Shown here piece by piece: positions 22,044 to 32,635 of a stretch of DNA of 64,000 bases. Where the stretch lies: the NCBI GenBank assembly GCA_977020255.1, contig CDROCS010003914.1:124001-188000 (forward strand), given 5' to 3'. The translations under genes and the position numbers were made by a program. How positions within the stretch are numbered: the first letter of the stretch is position 1; every line of letters starts with the position of its first letter. Source of the stretch: Obrimoposthia wandeli. Its lineage: Eukaryota. The notes below the pieces were generated by a model, which ran no database searches, was not told where the DNA came from, and worked only from the letters and a program-made list of their open reading frames with translations.

Positions 22044-22628
22044 ATGACAGAGAATAGTGTTCGAGAGAAAGTGTTTAAGTTAACCCGAGCTTTAGAGAAA
22101 CCTTTAGACTTGCTCAATCACCTACCTTTTCGAATCGCGGTGATTAGTAACTTACTGGCGTTTAATAGAGATTGGAAAATTCGCAATATGTGTAATCTAG
22201 AGCCGCGCGAATTACGCATATTTATAAATATTGGCTCGTATATGCCGATTAAAGCCGCGGATATCGCTTATCAATCAAGATTAGATTCGTATACAGTTTC
22301 ACGGGCAGTAAAAAAATTGCAAAGCGCGCAACTGATTGAAATTGAAGCAGACCCCGCTCATAAAAATATAAAAAACTTGATGCTTAGCAAACAGGGCAAA
22401 GCTTTATATGAATCGTTGGTGCCAGCATTAGAAGAGCGTTCACAAGTATTAGAAAGTGTTTTAACAAAACCAGAGAGAATACTTTTTTATAGCATGCTAG
22501 AAAAGGTAGAAAATAAAGCAGAACAAATCTTAGCGGAACAAGCGCTACAGATAATACAGCAGGGAGGGGAACCCCCTGCCGATCAAAAAGAAATTATTCG
22601 CTGGTATCGTAAAGGGCAAAAAAAGTAG
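22044..22628 (+). CDS. MarR-family transcriptional regulator with C-terminal extension
   Basis: HLPFRIAVISN, wHTH segment IKAADIA..SRLDSYTVSRAVKKL, LSKQGKALY; 194 aa, longer than a typical MarR. Confidence 0.85.
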   Translation: MTENSVREKVFKLTRALEKPLDLLNHLPFRIAVISNLLAFNRDWKIRNMCNLEPRELRIFINIGSYMPIKAADIAYQSRLDSYTVSRAVKKLQSAQLIEIEADPAHKNIKNLMLSKQGKALYESLVPALEERSQVLESVLTKPERILFYSMLEKVENKAEQILAEQALQIIQQGGEPPADQKEIIRWYRKGQKK

Positions 22629-22652
22629 CATTTTCAATGCTGAATTAATTGT

Positions 22653-23330
22653 TTACAGATAGGTAATAATATCGCCTAAAGATTTTTTCAACATAGCGTG
22701 CTCAGGTATCGTAGCGTCTTCTTTTGGGTAGCCAACAACCATCAAAATGTAAGCTTTATCAGATGCTGGGCGATTGCATATATCATTTAAAAAGCCCATA
22801 GGTTTAGGGGTATGGGTTAGCGTGACCAACCCGGCATTGTGAATAGCAGTAATTAAAATACCTGTGGCAATGCCTACTGATTCAGCAACATAATAATTTT
22901 TGCGCTCCATACCGGCTTCGACACCGCCCTTGCGTTCAGCAAAAATAGCAATTAGCCAAGGGGCGTCTTCTAAATAAGGCTTAGATGCATCGGTACCCAA
23001 CGGGGCTAAGGCATCAAGCCACTCTTCACCGGCGCGTCGTTCGTCATAAAATCGACGTTCTTCTTGTTCAGCGGCTACCCTGATTTTGGATTTAACATCA
23101 TCGTTACCTATCAGCGCAAAGTGCCAAGGTTGATGGTTGGCTCCACTAGGCGCTGTACTCGCAGCTTTAATGCAATCTTCTAATATCTGTTTAGGAACCG
23201 CGCGATCAGAAAAATCTCGCACGGTATGACGTCTGCTTACATCTTCGTAAAACTGCTTTGAGCGCTCCAACATATTCTCAACTGGATATTCTTGATAGTC
23301 GGGTAATGGTAATGAGTCATGTTCTTGCAT
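22653..23330 (-). CDS. Iodotyrosine deiodinase (IYD)-like flavoprotein, nitroreductase superfamily
   Basis: RRHTVRDF, APSGANHQPW, lid AAEQEERRFY...EWLDALAPLGTDASKPYL and GLVTLTHTP; E91, Y95, K117 and T174 counted by hand. Confidence 0.9.
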   Translation of the reverse strand: MQEHDSLPLPDYQEYPVENMLERSKQFYEDVSRRHTVRDFSDRAVPKQILEDCIKAASTAPSGANHQPWHFALIGNDDVKSKIRVAAEQEERRFYDERRAGEEWLDALAPLGTDASKPYLEDAPWLIAIFAERKGGVEAGMERKNYYVAESVGIATGILITAIHNAGLVTLTHTPKPMGFLNDICNRPASDKAYILMVVGYPKEDATIPEHAMLKKSLGDIITYL

Positions 23331-23487
23331 CGTCGTTCTCTTGTTGTCGTAATTAATGAGGCTTAATTAGCTAATAGAATAAGTAGCTAAGCAAAATATC
23401 TAACTTTCTATGAACAGCCAAATGCAACACAGTGACTGCGCGCTCAACTATCTAAACTAGGTGATATAAGTTTATATATTAGTTATA

Positions 23488-23499
23488 TTGCATATGCAA
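23488..23499. promoter_or_regulatory. Palindromic operator candidate TTGCATATGCAA between the divergent IYD and pcp genes
   Basis: Perfect 12-bp palindrome; a degenerate 8/12 copy at 23416-23427. Confidence 0.5.
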
Positions 23500-23611
23500 C
23501 AATGATTAAGAGGTTTTATCAATTCCCTGGAATAAGTGATACTCGAGTGAGTATAAAAGGTGTAGCTTGAGGGCATCAATAAGCTGTTATTGAATCAAGA
23601 GAATTTAAAAA

Positions 23612-24238
23612 ATGAAGAAAGTATTGATCACCGGTTTTGAAAAATTTGATGATGCGAGATCAAATCCAACAGAAGATATGCTGCAAGGGTTACAGTGCTC
23701 TGAAGTTATACTTAGAACAGCAGTATTACCAGTGACCTTTGATGGATCTTTTTTGATGTTGCAAAGACTAATAGCAGATTTTTCGCCTGACTATATTTTA
23801 CTGTGCGGATTAGCGGGTAATAGAGAGCAAATATCCCTAGAAAAAATAGCGATCAATTACATTAATGCCCGTATTGCTGACAATACAGGCAAACAGCCGC
23901 TCAATGCGAAAATATCTGAATCAGGTGCTGATGGATACTTTTGTACTTTTCCAATAATTGAACTAGCGGCATACTTGCAAGATAAAAGCGTGCAAGCAAC
24001 CGTTTCTCTATCAGCGGGTAGCTACGTGTGTAATTACCTAATGTATCAAACGTTGCATGTATTACAAAACAGCGACATACAAACCACATTTGTGCATTTT
24101 CCACCTATAGCAAAAACCAAGGATATAGAATGCTATCGGCAATTTTTGTTTGATACTTTAAACTTTATTGCCCATAGACCCAATACGACAGCTGTTGATT
24201 TAGAAAAAACTGCCAAGCTGTTTGCCGTTGAAAACTGA
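23612..24238 (+). CDS. pcp: Pyroglutamyl-peptidase I
   Basis: VLITGFEKF, SLEKIAIN (Glu), SAGSYVCN (Cys) and FVHFP (His) catalytic triad. Confidence 0.95.
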   Translation: MKKVLITGFEKFDDARSNPTEDMLQGLQCSEVILRTAVLPVTFDGSFLMLQRLIADFSPDYILLCGLAGNREQISLEKIAINYINARIADNTGKQPLNAKISESGADGYFCTFPIIELAAYLQDKSVQATVSLSAGSYVCNYLMYQTLHVLQNSDIQTTFVHFPPIAKTKDIECYRQFLFDTLNFIAHRPNTTAVDLEKTAKLFAVEN

Positions 24239-24304
24239 CAGCGATCATTTCAAGCGGTTACTCAATATAAAAGTTTTATGTAGCTAAGAGCTTAACGGTT
24301 GTAA

Positions 24305-24838
24305 CTACTCAACTGTTGATCCTGGCGCCATGATACTAGTACCACTTTGAGTTGCTAAAGCCGCGAAATCTTTATCAATCAGGAACATGGCAGGTCCATC
24401 GTTGCCGATCATGTTTAGTTTATCTAATACCCCTTTAAACAATTTTTCTTCTTCATGTTGCTCAGCCACATACCACTGTAAGAAATTAAAGGTAGAGTAG
24501 TCTTGTGAACTGAAAGCAACATGCGCTAATGCATTAATCCTTTCTGTAATTAAGCATTCATGTTGTAATATTTGTTCAAAAACATCACGTAAAGATGCAA
24601 ATTCATACGGTGGGGCATCAATATTACCTAAAACCGGTAATCCACCAGTTTCAGAGATGTAAGTAAACAAGCGTTTCATGTGTTCCATTTCTTCGTTGGC
24701 GTGCTTGCGTAAAAAAAGTGCAGCACCTTCAAAGCTCTTATCTTCGCACCATGCACTCATTTGTAAGTACAGGTTGGATGAATAAAACTCAAGGTTAACT
24801 TGTTCGTTTAATTTATCTATCATGGCTGTAGAAAGCAT
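24305..24838 (-). CDS. ftnA: Non-heme ferritin
   Basis: [31 protein letters not shown] and [15 protein letters not shown] ferroxidase motifs. Confidence 0.97.
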   Translation of the reverse strand: MLSTAMIDKLNEQVNLEFYSSNLYLQMSAWCEDKSFEGAALFLRKHANEEMEHMKRLFTYISETGGLPVLGNIDAPPYEFASLRDVFEQILQHECLITERINALAHVAFSSQDYSTFNFLQWYVAEQHEEEKLFKGVLDKLNMIGNDGPAMFLIDKDFAALATQSGTSIMAPGSTVE

Positions 24839-25230
24839 ATAACACCTTAGTAATGTGCCTAGAGTATTGTTAGTTTTAACTGATAAAGTGCTAACAAAAA
24901 CCTAGTTTTAATCTATAAACAATGTCGCTGTGCAGGGCTAATAATTTGAGATGAATATGACTAGATATAAATTGTTTGACGCTTGAGGTAGCAATATCTA
25001 GAAGTAGTCAAGTCAGCTTAGAGAAGCATTCACAGTAGATTCTCGTTTGAAAATGTGTGGTCGTAAATAAAGCGGCAAATAATCGCTTAATAACGAGCAC
25101 CAGTCAACTTATTAAATAATATCAATAGGTAATTTATAGTTGCAGATCCGAGTAATATGATGCCGCTAATGAGAAATTACCGTGCCTTTTAGCAAGATGT
25201 CTTTGCGTGAATATCTTTTTACACTTATGA

Positions 25231-25866
25231 TTGTCGCTGTTATTTTTATTTAGATCAAAGGAATATTATAGATTGTTGTTTGACTCTTTCTTACCTACAG
25301 CTGTCGTTGATTTGCTGGCGAATAATCCTTTAATGGATCCCTTTCTACTCATACCGATTAGTTTGGCATTCTTGTTGAGCATTGTTTTCATATTAAAATA
25401 TAAAAATGCAATGCCTAATAAAGAGAACCCTTTTCAGCAGGTTGGAGAGTTGTTTTCACCTGTAGAGCGTTCTTTTTACGGATTACTTTGCCAGGCTGCC
25501 TGCGGCGAAAGAAAAGGCGCTAGAATGGGCGGTTCGCTGGTGTTGGGTAAAGTGACGATGGCAGAAATACTGGCAGGGCAAAACAACTTAGCTCGGCCAC
25601 ATCAACAAAAAAAATTGAAAAAATTAGCGAAAATCAATTTTGATTTTGTGATTTGCCAATCGAGTGATTTATCAGTTATAGCGTTGGTTGAATTAGAACC
25701 TACCCTTAAAACGAGCTCCAAGACTTACCATCAAGAATATAAAAATAATGCCAAGCGAATTAAATATTTAGGTGAACAGTGTAAAGCTCAAAATTTGCCG
25801 TTTTACCACTTTAAAGCAAATGGTAATTATGACATTGAGCAGATAGTTGAGTGCATATTTACTTAG
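25231..25866 (+). CDS. DUF2726 domain protein with N-terminal TM helix (start uncertain)
   Basis: LFSPVERSFY, GKVTMAEIL, FDFVICQS and ALVELE; second DUF2726 paralogue in the window. Confidence 0.8.
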   Translation: MSLLFLFRSKEYYRLLFDSFLPTAVVDLLANNPLMDPFLLIPISLAFLLSIVFILKYKNAMPNKENPFQQVGELFSPVERSFYGLLCQAACGERKGARMGGSLVLGKVTMAEILAGQNNLARPHQQKKLKKLAKINFDFVICQSSDLSVIALVELEPTLKTSSKTYHQEYKNNAKRIKYLGEQCKAQNLPFYHFKANGNYDIEQIVECIFT

Positions 25867-25899
25867 TTTGCTAGTTAATTACTTAGCGAGCAAATGATG

Positions 25900-26337
25900 T
25901 TAAAAATCTTGAGGCAACCGACTGGTAACCGTTTCCGATAAAATCAGCGAAGTGTCTGTTTTGCATATAAGTGTTAGTGATTCTAGTAATACATCTAATT
26001 CAGACATGGTCTTCACAGCAATGCGAAAAATATAGGCCTTTTCACCTGTCACATTAAAACACTCTGTTACCGCCGGGCACTGCTTGATAATCTGTCGAAA
26101 TTCTACTTCTTTTCCCGTCACAATATCGGCATGGACAAAGCCTGAAATAGCGTAACCTAATGCCTCTGAATCGGTTCTTAAGCTGTATCCTTGAATAGCC
26201 TGTTGCTCTTCAAGCTTTTCAATACGTTCCTTCACAGCAGGGGCAGAGAGGTGTACAGCCTTTGAAAGTTCAGAAATAGTGATGCGCGCATTGTCATTTA
26301 AAATACGGATGATTTTCTTGTTTATACTATCCAACAT
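25900..26337 (-). CDS. Lrp/AsnC-family transcriptional regulator
   Basis: LDSINKKIIRILNDNARITISELSKAVHLSAPAVKERIEKLE and ECFNVTGE. Confidence 0.93.
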   Translation of the reverse strand: MLDSINKKIIRILNDNARITISELSKAVHLSAPAVKERIEKLEEQQAIQGYSLRTDSEALGYAISGFVHADIVTGKEVEFRQIIKQCPAVTECFNVTGEKAYIFRIAVKTMSELDVLLESLTLICKTDTSLILSETVTSRLPQDF

Positions 26338-26492
26338 AACAACTAAGCCTAAGTGAGTTTAAAAACTATTATAAACTTAAATGAAAATAACACCTTAGAT
26401 GAAAGAGGAAATAGTCAGTTTTTGTTACATCAAATACTTACAATATTGACAAAATCACCATAGCGAAGCTGTTTAGCTCTACTAACCTAGGG

Positions 26493-27335
26493 CTAAACCC
26501 CCGTTCTTATTTTTTCACTGCGTGCCCGTAAAAACTCTAAAGTCAGCAGCATTAATGCAGAGACAACAACTAATAGCACAGCAACTGCTAAGATGGTTGG
26601 ATTTATTTGTTCACGTAGTCCAGAAAACATTTGTCGAGGAATAGTTCGTTGCTCAGGGCCCGCTAAAAATAGCACCACTACTACTTCATCAAACGAGGTG
26701 ATAAAGGCAAATAGTGCCCCAGAAATTACCCCAGGGCGAATCAGCGGCATAATAATTTTAAAGAAAGTATAGACGGGTTTAGCACCAAGTCCCATAGAAG
26801 CACGTACTAAGGAGTAATCAAATCCTGAGAGTGCGGCATTGACGGTAATAATTACAAAAGGAGTACCTAGTGCAGCATGCGCAATAATAACGCCTAAATA
26901 GCTACCCGCTAAGTTGAGTTGGCTGTAAAAAAAGAACATGCCTGCTGCTGTGATAATCAATGGCACTATCATGGGTGAAATTAATAGCGCCATAAATGCG
27001 CTTTGCAATGGCATCTCTGACTTCGTGAGGCCAATGGCCGCAAAGGTACCAAATACAGTGGCGATAATTGTTGCCCAAAAACCGATATAGAAGCTATTTT
27101 TTATCGCCAGAATCCACTTATCATCATCCCATATCTGCTGATACCATTTTAGGGAATACGCATCTAAATCAAAATTTAACATGCCTTCAGTAAAGGTAAA
27201 GTATGGCTCCGCGTTAAACGACAAGGGAATAATGACTAAAATGGGGATCATCAGAAATGCTAGTGTGCCCCAAGCGGCAATGCGAAGTGTGTAAATGCCC
27301 AGTTTTTGCCAAAAAGTAAAGTATGCTGGAAACAT
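26493..27335 (-). CDS. Polyamine/opine-type ABC transporter permease (PotC-like)
   Basis: IPILVIIPLSF, SPMIVPLII, EAA-like loop ASMGLGA, FITSFDEVVV. Confidence 0.92.
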   Translation of the reverse strand: MFPAYFTFWQKLGIYTLRIAAWGTLAFLMIPILVIIPLSFNAEPYFTFTEGMLNFDLDAYSLKWYQQIWDDDKWILAIKNSFYIGFWATIIATVFGTFAAIGLTKSEMPLQSAFMALLISPMIVPLIITAAGMFFFYSQLNLAGSYLGVIIAHAALGTPFVIITVNAALSGFDYSLVRASMGLGAKPVYTFFKIIMPLIRPGVISGALFAFITSFDEVVVVLFLAGPEQRTIPRQMFSGLREQINPTILAVAVLLVVVSALMLLTLEFLRARSEKIRTGV

Positions 27336-27339
27336 GCGG

Positions 27340-28605
27340 CTATCCTAATTTAATGTTACTAACACCTACTAGACGGTCGTAGATCCAGTAGATAATGATA
27401 ATAAGAGTGAGCAATAAAGAGCCCAACGCAGCAGCAAGCTCCCAGTTGTTTGAAGATTGCATATGAAAGGCGATGATATTACTGATCATTTGCCCGTCGG
27501 TGCCGCCCACTAGTGCGGGGGTAATGTAGTAGCCAATCGAAATAATGAATACTAGTAGCGCACCGGCACTAATTCCCGGGATAGTCATCGGCATATAAAT
27601 GCGGATAAAGGCGGGGATGGGTTTACCCCCAAGGGAAAGTGCCGCTCTAAAGTAACTGGGATCGATACCTTTCATCACACTATAAAGCGGTAAAATCATA
27701 AAAGGTAACAGAATATGTGTCATCGCTATAATGGTGGAAAACTGAGTATAAAGCAGTTCTAAAGGTTCTGTTATAATATGTAAGCTCTGCAATGTAGAGT
27801 TAACCACACCGTTTGTTTGCAGCAATGCGATCCAAGAAGTGGTCCGCACTAGTAGCGATGTCCAAAAAGGGAGCAGTACGAATACTATTAATGTATTGGC
27901 GGTTTTTGTAGGCGCGGTTGCTAAATAATAAGACAGTGGAAAGCCGATGATAATGGTTAATAAGGTGATATATAGCGCTATTTTTAAACTCTTCCAATAC
28001 AGTTTTAAATAGATTTGTGTTTCGCGCTGTACAATTTCTCCGGCGCTATTGCGCTTTAAATCAAGTGCGGTTAGATAGTAGCGATCAGTAAAAATAGCCC
28101 CTGATTTCTTAATTGCCAGCCAAAGCGCAGGGTTGCTCCATTTACCTTTTTTGAGCTTTAAAAGCTCTTCATTGCCGGCTAGAGATAGGCGCTCATCGGT
28201 GATTTTTTTGATTTTACGCGAGCTAGATTTAATTAAGCTAGAACTGCCAGGCATAGAGCGATTGATCTCTTCAGCTAGCTTACCTGCACGGCGTTCTTTA
28301 GCCAGTGACTTCATCTCTAGGGTAAAAGCAATTAGCGTGGCCGCATTAGGGATTTCATTACTTTGCTCATCCCAAGCATCTAATTGCTCAAGCGTATTAG
28401 GGATAAGTTGCGCAACGGTAGGATGATAAAAACTGCGATAAAGCATCGTTCCGATCGGAGCGATAAAAGAGGCGAGAATAAAAATAACCAGTGGGGCGAC
28501 AAACAATAGCGCTAATAATTTACTGCGCCAGCGGTTTTTACTACTCTCTTTTAGCTCAGCTGCGCTAAGGCCATTATTAGCATTATCTAGTGTGGTAGTG
28601 CTCAT
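27340..28605 (-). CDS. Polyamine/opine-type ABC transporter permease (PotB-like) with a large periplasmic loop
   Basis: LLPFWTSLLVRT, HILLPFMILPLYSVM, AALSLGG and GYYITPALVGG. Confidence 0.92.
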   Translation of the reverse strand: MSTTTLDNANNGLSAAELKESSKNRWRSKLLALLFVAPLVIFILASFIAPIGTMLYRSFYHPTVAQLIPNTLEQLDAWDEQSNEIPNAATLIAFTLEMKSLAKERRAGKLAEEINRSMPGSSSLIKSSSRKIKKITDERLSLAGNEELLKLKKGKWSNPALWLAIKKSGAIFTDRYYLTALDLKRNSAGEIVQRETQIYLKLYWKSLKIALYITLLTIIIGFPLSYYLATAPTKTANTLIVFVLLPFWTSLLVRTTSWIALLQTNGVVNSTLQSLHIITEPLELLYTQFSTIIAMTHILLPFMILPLYSVMKGIDPSYFRAALSLGGKPIPAFIRIYMPMTIPGISAGALLVFIISIGYYITPALVGGTDGQMISNIIAFHMQSSNNWELAAALGSLLLTLIIIIYWIYDRLVGVSNIKLG

Positions 28606-28761
28606 GAATTTACCTATGTTTTCCTAACCAGCACTTTGAAAGTAGATGAATTTATTGAATGAAATGCCTTTTATGCGCAAGTATTCAAGTTTCATCAGCT
28701 TTCAGTTTTAAACGGTTATCGGGTTTATATATGATGTCAACGGTACATTTTAATAGTCAAA

Positions 28762-28799
28762 AGCGGTTACAGCGCGAAGTGATTGCTGCCATAACCGCT
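28762..28799 (-). other. Stem-loop just downstream of the SBP gene (mRNA stabiliser or partial terminator)
   Basis: AGCGGTTA...TAACCGCT outer stem plus CAGC/GCTG inner stem. Confidence 0.5.
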
Positions 28800-28809
28800 G
28801 TACAGTTTT

Positions 28810-29871
28810 TTACTTAAGTAACCATTCGTTGAATTTTTCACCCAGCGATTCGCCGTAATCAGCCCAGAATTCACCTGATGCTTTTACGCCTTCTGTTAAG
28901 TGTGCTGAAGGTAGTTTAGAAAGAACGGCCTTATCGACATAAGCGTATGAAGACTCGCGAGTAGGTCCGTATGCCACATCTTGCATGCCAGCTTCTGGTT
29001 TAGAGCTGGTGGCGAAACGGATAAACTCTTCTGCAAGCGCTTTGTTTTTACTGCCTTTTACAATTGCCCAAACATCCAAATCATAAACGTGAGAATCCCA
29101 TACCATTTCAAAGGGTTTTTTATCTGCTTGAATTGCATCAAAGATACGCCCGTTGGCAGATTGCACCATTACCGCGCCGCCATCATTTAATAATTGTGGT
29201 GCTTGTGACCAGCTATCAAACCAAACGAGATCATCTTTAATCGTCGATAGTTTTTTAAAGGCACGTTGCTGGCCTTCGTCAGTACTTAATAGTTCATACA
29301 AATCTTCTGGCGCTACACCATCTGCTAGTAGTGCCCATTCCATGTTAACTTGAGGGCGCTTGCGCAGTGCGCGCTTACCAGGGAATGTTTTTGTATCAAA
29401 CAAATCTTCTATTTTAGAAGGCTTGCCACCTTTAATGGTCTCGCTGTTATAGGCGAAAAGAATAGTCCAAACAATGTTGCCAACACCACACTCGTTGGCC
29501 AGTGCCGCCTTACTAAAGTCATCAGCAGCTGCTACACCATTATCACCAGCTGGGAGAGTATCCTGCGGGAATACTTCAAGTAAGCCCTCCGAGCAAGCAC
29601 GCTCTAAATCGATTACTTCTATATCCACAACATCCCATAAGATATTGCCACTTTCAACTTGTGCTTTAATTTCGGCGATACCGCCAGAGTAGTTTTCAAA
29701 AAGTATTTTGTGACCTGTTTTTGCAACAAACGGATCAATCATATGCTTTTGTTGAGCAGCACCATAAGCTCCGCCAAATGACACCGCTGTCATTTGATCT
29801 GCTATAGCAGCAGTGCTGGCTAGTGCTGTGCTGACGGCTATCGCAGCCGTTAAACGTTTTAATTTTTTCAT
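28810..29871 (-). CDS. Polyamine/opine-type ABC transporter substrate-binding protein (PotD/PotF-like)
   Basis: Signal peptide; SFGGAYGAAQ, WDVVD, FDTKTFPGKRALRK, MEWALLADGV and ANGR. Confidence 0.92.
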   Translation of the reverse strand: MKKLKRLTAAIAVSTALASTAAIADQMTAVSFGGAYGAAQQKHMIDPFVAKTGHKILFENYSGGIAEIKAQVESGNILWDVVDIEVIDLERACSEGLLEVFPQDTLPAGDNGVAAADDFSKAALANECGVGNIVWTILFAYNSETIKGGKPSKIEDLFDTKTFPGKRALRKRPQVNMEWALLADGVAPEDLYELLSTDEGQQRAFKKLSTIKDDLVWFDSWSQAPQLLNDGGAVMVQSANGRIFDAIQADKKPFEMVWDSHVYDLDVWAIVKGSKNKALAEEFIRFATSSKPEAGMQDVAYGPTRESSYAYVDKAVLSKLPSAHLTEGVKASGEFWADYGESLGEKFNEWLLK

Positions 29872-29962
29872 GTTTCTTCCTCTGTTTTTTTTGTTTGTAG
29901 ATGACTGAAATAAATTAATGGATTAAATAGTTATTCGAAGGTCTATTACTGATCATTAACGA

Positions 29963-31060
29963 TCAGATAGGCGGTTTATCTAAGGCCAGCCCTTTATTAA
30001 CCGCCCAAGTTAATTGCACTGTGTCTCCCTCATTAAAAAAGGGTGCATCTTGATCGTTAAGTGCCTTAATCATTAAATCTTCACCACTTGATAAGTGGAA
30101 AAAATAACGAATTGAATCACCCACATAAAGGCGTGCGACAAAACTGGCATCGATACTATTGTCTAGAGAGCGGCTGGTGTTGGCGATAAATAAATTTTCC
30201 GGGCGAATAGTAAGCACACACTGTTCGCTAGTGTTTGCTATGTCGCTAGCTATCGCCTTCACTGAAGTGCCACAATCTAATTGAATATTAGCTATACCTG
30301 CCTCGATATTAACAATAGATCCTTTAATGCGATTATTCTCACCTATGAAATCAGCCACAAATGAGTTACTCGGTTGCTCGTAAAGCTCTATAGGGGTAGC
30401 GCACTGCTGCACAATGCCATCTTCAAAAACAGCAATGCGATCAGACATCGTCAATGCTTCTGTCTGATCATGGGTAACGTACACCGCAGTAAAGCCAAGA
30501 TCTGCGTGTAAACGTTTAATTTCGAACTGCATTTGCTCACGTAAATTTTTATCTAAAGCACCTAAAGGCTCGTCCATCAAGACGATACTCGGCTCAAAAA
30601 TAAGTGAGCGAGCTAACGCGACACGTTGTTTTTGTCCACCAGATAATTGCCCAGGATAGCGTTTACCGAAATGGTTTAATTCTACTAAAGCGAGCGAGTC
30701 AGCTACTTTTTTATCAATATCATGACTGGCCATTTTTCGAACTTGTAGTGGGTACGCCAAGTTCTCGGCAATCGTCATATGAGGGAATAGTGCGTAATGC
30801 TGAAAAACCATACCGATATTTCGATGGTAAGGCGCAATATTGTTTACGGATTGCCCGTCGATAATAATTTCACCACTAGTGACACCTTCAAACCCTGCCA
30901 GCATCATCAAACAGGTTGTTTTACCTGATCCAGATGGGCCGAGCAGTGTAACAAATTCCCCCTTTTTTATATCAAGGTTGAAATCTTTAACGACAAGTAC
31001 TTTTTGGTCGTAGCTCTTTTTTACATTTTTAAACTGTACGTAATGGGTATCTGGCTTCAT
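29963..31060 (-). CDS. Polyamine ABC transporter ATPase (PotA-like)
   Basis: GPSGSGKT, LSGGQKQRVALAR, DEPLGALD and VTHDQTEAL; TOBE-like C-terminus. Confidence 0.95.
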   Translation of the reverse strand: MKPDTHYVQFKNVKKSYDQKVLVVKDFNLDIKKGEFVTLLGPSGSGKTTCLMMLAGFEGVTSGEIIIDGQSVNNIAPYHRNIGMVFQHYALFPHMTIAENLAYPLQVRKMASHDIDKKVADSLALVELNHFGKRYPGQLSGGQKQRVALARSLIFEPSIVLMDEPLGALDKNLREQMQFEIKRLHADLGFTAVYVTHDQTEALTMSDRIAVFEDGIVQQCATPIELYEQPSNSFVADFIGENNRIKGSIVNIEAGIANIQLDCGTSVKAIASDIANTSEQCVLTIRPENLFIANTSRSLDNSIDASFVARLYVGDSIRYFFHLSSGEDLMIKALNDQDAPFFNEGDTVQLTWAVNKGLALDKPPI

Positions 31061-31808
31061 GTAAGTTAACCGTACTTTAATTATTGTTATAAATAGGTTG
31101 TTACTGCTTTGAAATCGGTCTTTTTCTAAGATTGTTACTAGATGTGTGTTGAAATTTGTTTTTTGCTGATAGTTGTTTTCTATTGAATGCTGAATTAAAA
31201 ATAATATATATAGTGCATCGCTTTATTGTTTCCAAAGAGCTTCTAAAGCATAAAAAACATATTCACTACTCAACGGAAAATTTTAACTTTATGCTTTTAA
31301 GTTTCCTTTTTCATTCAATAGCTTAGTTATAATTTTTTAATTTAAGCTACATTAACAGATATAAATATAAGTCGTAGTACCAAAATAGCTCAAAAAATTA
31401 TATATCTGGTTATATGTTTGTGTATATAGTTGTATTAAACTTAAAGAGCCCATTTTTCTGGCAATAGGCATATATAATATACTAGTGTTTTAGGCTGTGT
31501 AAATTTCAAACGATGCTTTGCGTATTTGTCATCAGCCTTATCTTATCTTATCATTTAATAGCTAACACTGCTTAATCCTAGTAGTGTGCTTACTCCTCAT
31601 ATCCTCTCAATAAATTATAAAAAATATGATAGTTAATAGTGTATCAAAATTAAGGTTTATCAGTGGAGAGTCTTTTTGAAAAACATTTAGTCGGTTTTCA
31701 ACGTAACATGTTTGGATAAAGCGCGAGTAACAGTCATGTTTATAGCATCCTCAATGAAAGTACGAGGCTATAATTTGCAAGTTTTAATATAAGGTATTAG
31801 ACAATCAT

Positions 31809-32591
31809 ATGGCAGGATTCAAAATTGCTGTTGCTCAAACATCTTCAGTAAAAGGCAACATCAAGGAAAATGTACAAAGGCACATCAGCATAATAAAACG
31901 TGCAAAAGGGCAGGGCGTAAAAGTACTGGTTTTCCCTGAGTTATCTTTAACAGGATATGAGTTAGCACTTGCCAAAGAGTTGGCGTTAACTATCAATGAT
32001 CCACAGCTAGAGCCTTTACGAGCTATCGCCGTAGAGCTAAATATGCATATTATTGTTGGGGCACCGATTAAAAATTCTAGCATTGCAGCTGACAATTATC
32101 TTACATCTAGCAGTGATCCTATAAGCTTAGGCGCGATTATTTTTGAAGCCGCAGGGGGTGTTTCTTTATATTCAAAGATGCATCTACACTCTACTGAGCA
32201 GCTATACTTTGGCGCAGGTAAAAGTTGTATAATGCTTGATATTCAAGAACAGCGAATCGCAATGGCAATCTGTGCAGATACCAATGTAGCATCACATATT
32301 GAAGCGTATGTTGACGATAGAGCCACTATTTATGTCGCTGGTGTTTTGTTTACCGAAAAGGGCTATTTAGCGGACTCTCAAAAGCTGGCAGCTTACGCTC
32401 AGCAACATAATATATTGGTTACTATCGCTAATTATAACCGTCCCAGTGGCGAGCTGTTCGCTATAGGTAAAAGTGCGGCGTGGGGCCCTAAAGGGCTTTT
32501 AGCTTGTGCTAGTGAGCGCGAGGATTGTTTAGTTATTTCCCAGAAAATAAATGATAACTGGGTTTCAGAAATTATTGAATGTAATACTTAG
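31809..32591 (+). CDS. Carbon-nitrogen hydrolase (nitrilase superfamily)
   Basis: VFPELSLTGY (Glu), YSKMHL (Lys) and ICAD (Cys) triad. Confidence 0.92.
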   Translation: MAGFKIAVAQTSSVKGNIKENVQRHISIIKRAKGQGVKVLVFPELSLTGYELALAKELALTINDPQLEPLRAIAVELNMHIIVGAPIKNSSIAADNYLTSSSDPISLGAIIFEAAGGVSLYSKMHLHSTEQLYFGAGKSCIMLDIQEQRIAMAICADTNVASHIEAYVDDRATIYVAGVLFTEKGYLADSQKLAAYAQQHNILVTIANYNRPSGELFAIGKSAAWGPKGLLACASEREDCLVISQKINDNWVSEIIECNT

Positions 32592-32635
32592 TTCACTATT
32601 ATCATTATTTTAATCGCACTTTAAAAGGAATAATT

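Noticed and set aside
31457-31472. TGGCA motif considered as a sigma54 promoter for the polyamine ABC or hydrolase genes
   Set aside because: No TTGC at the -12 position on either strand.
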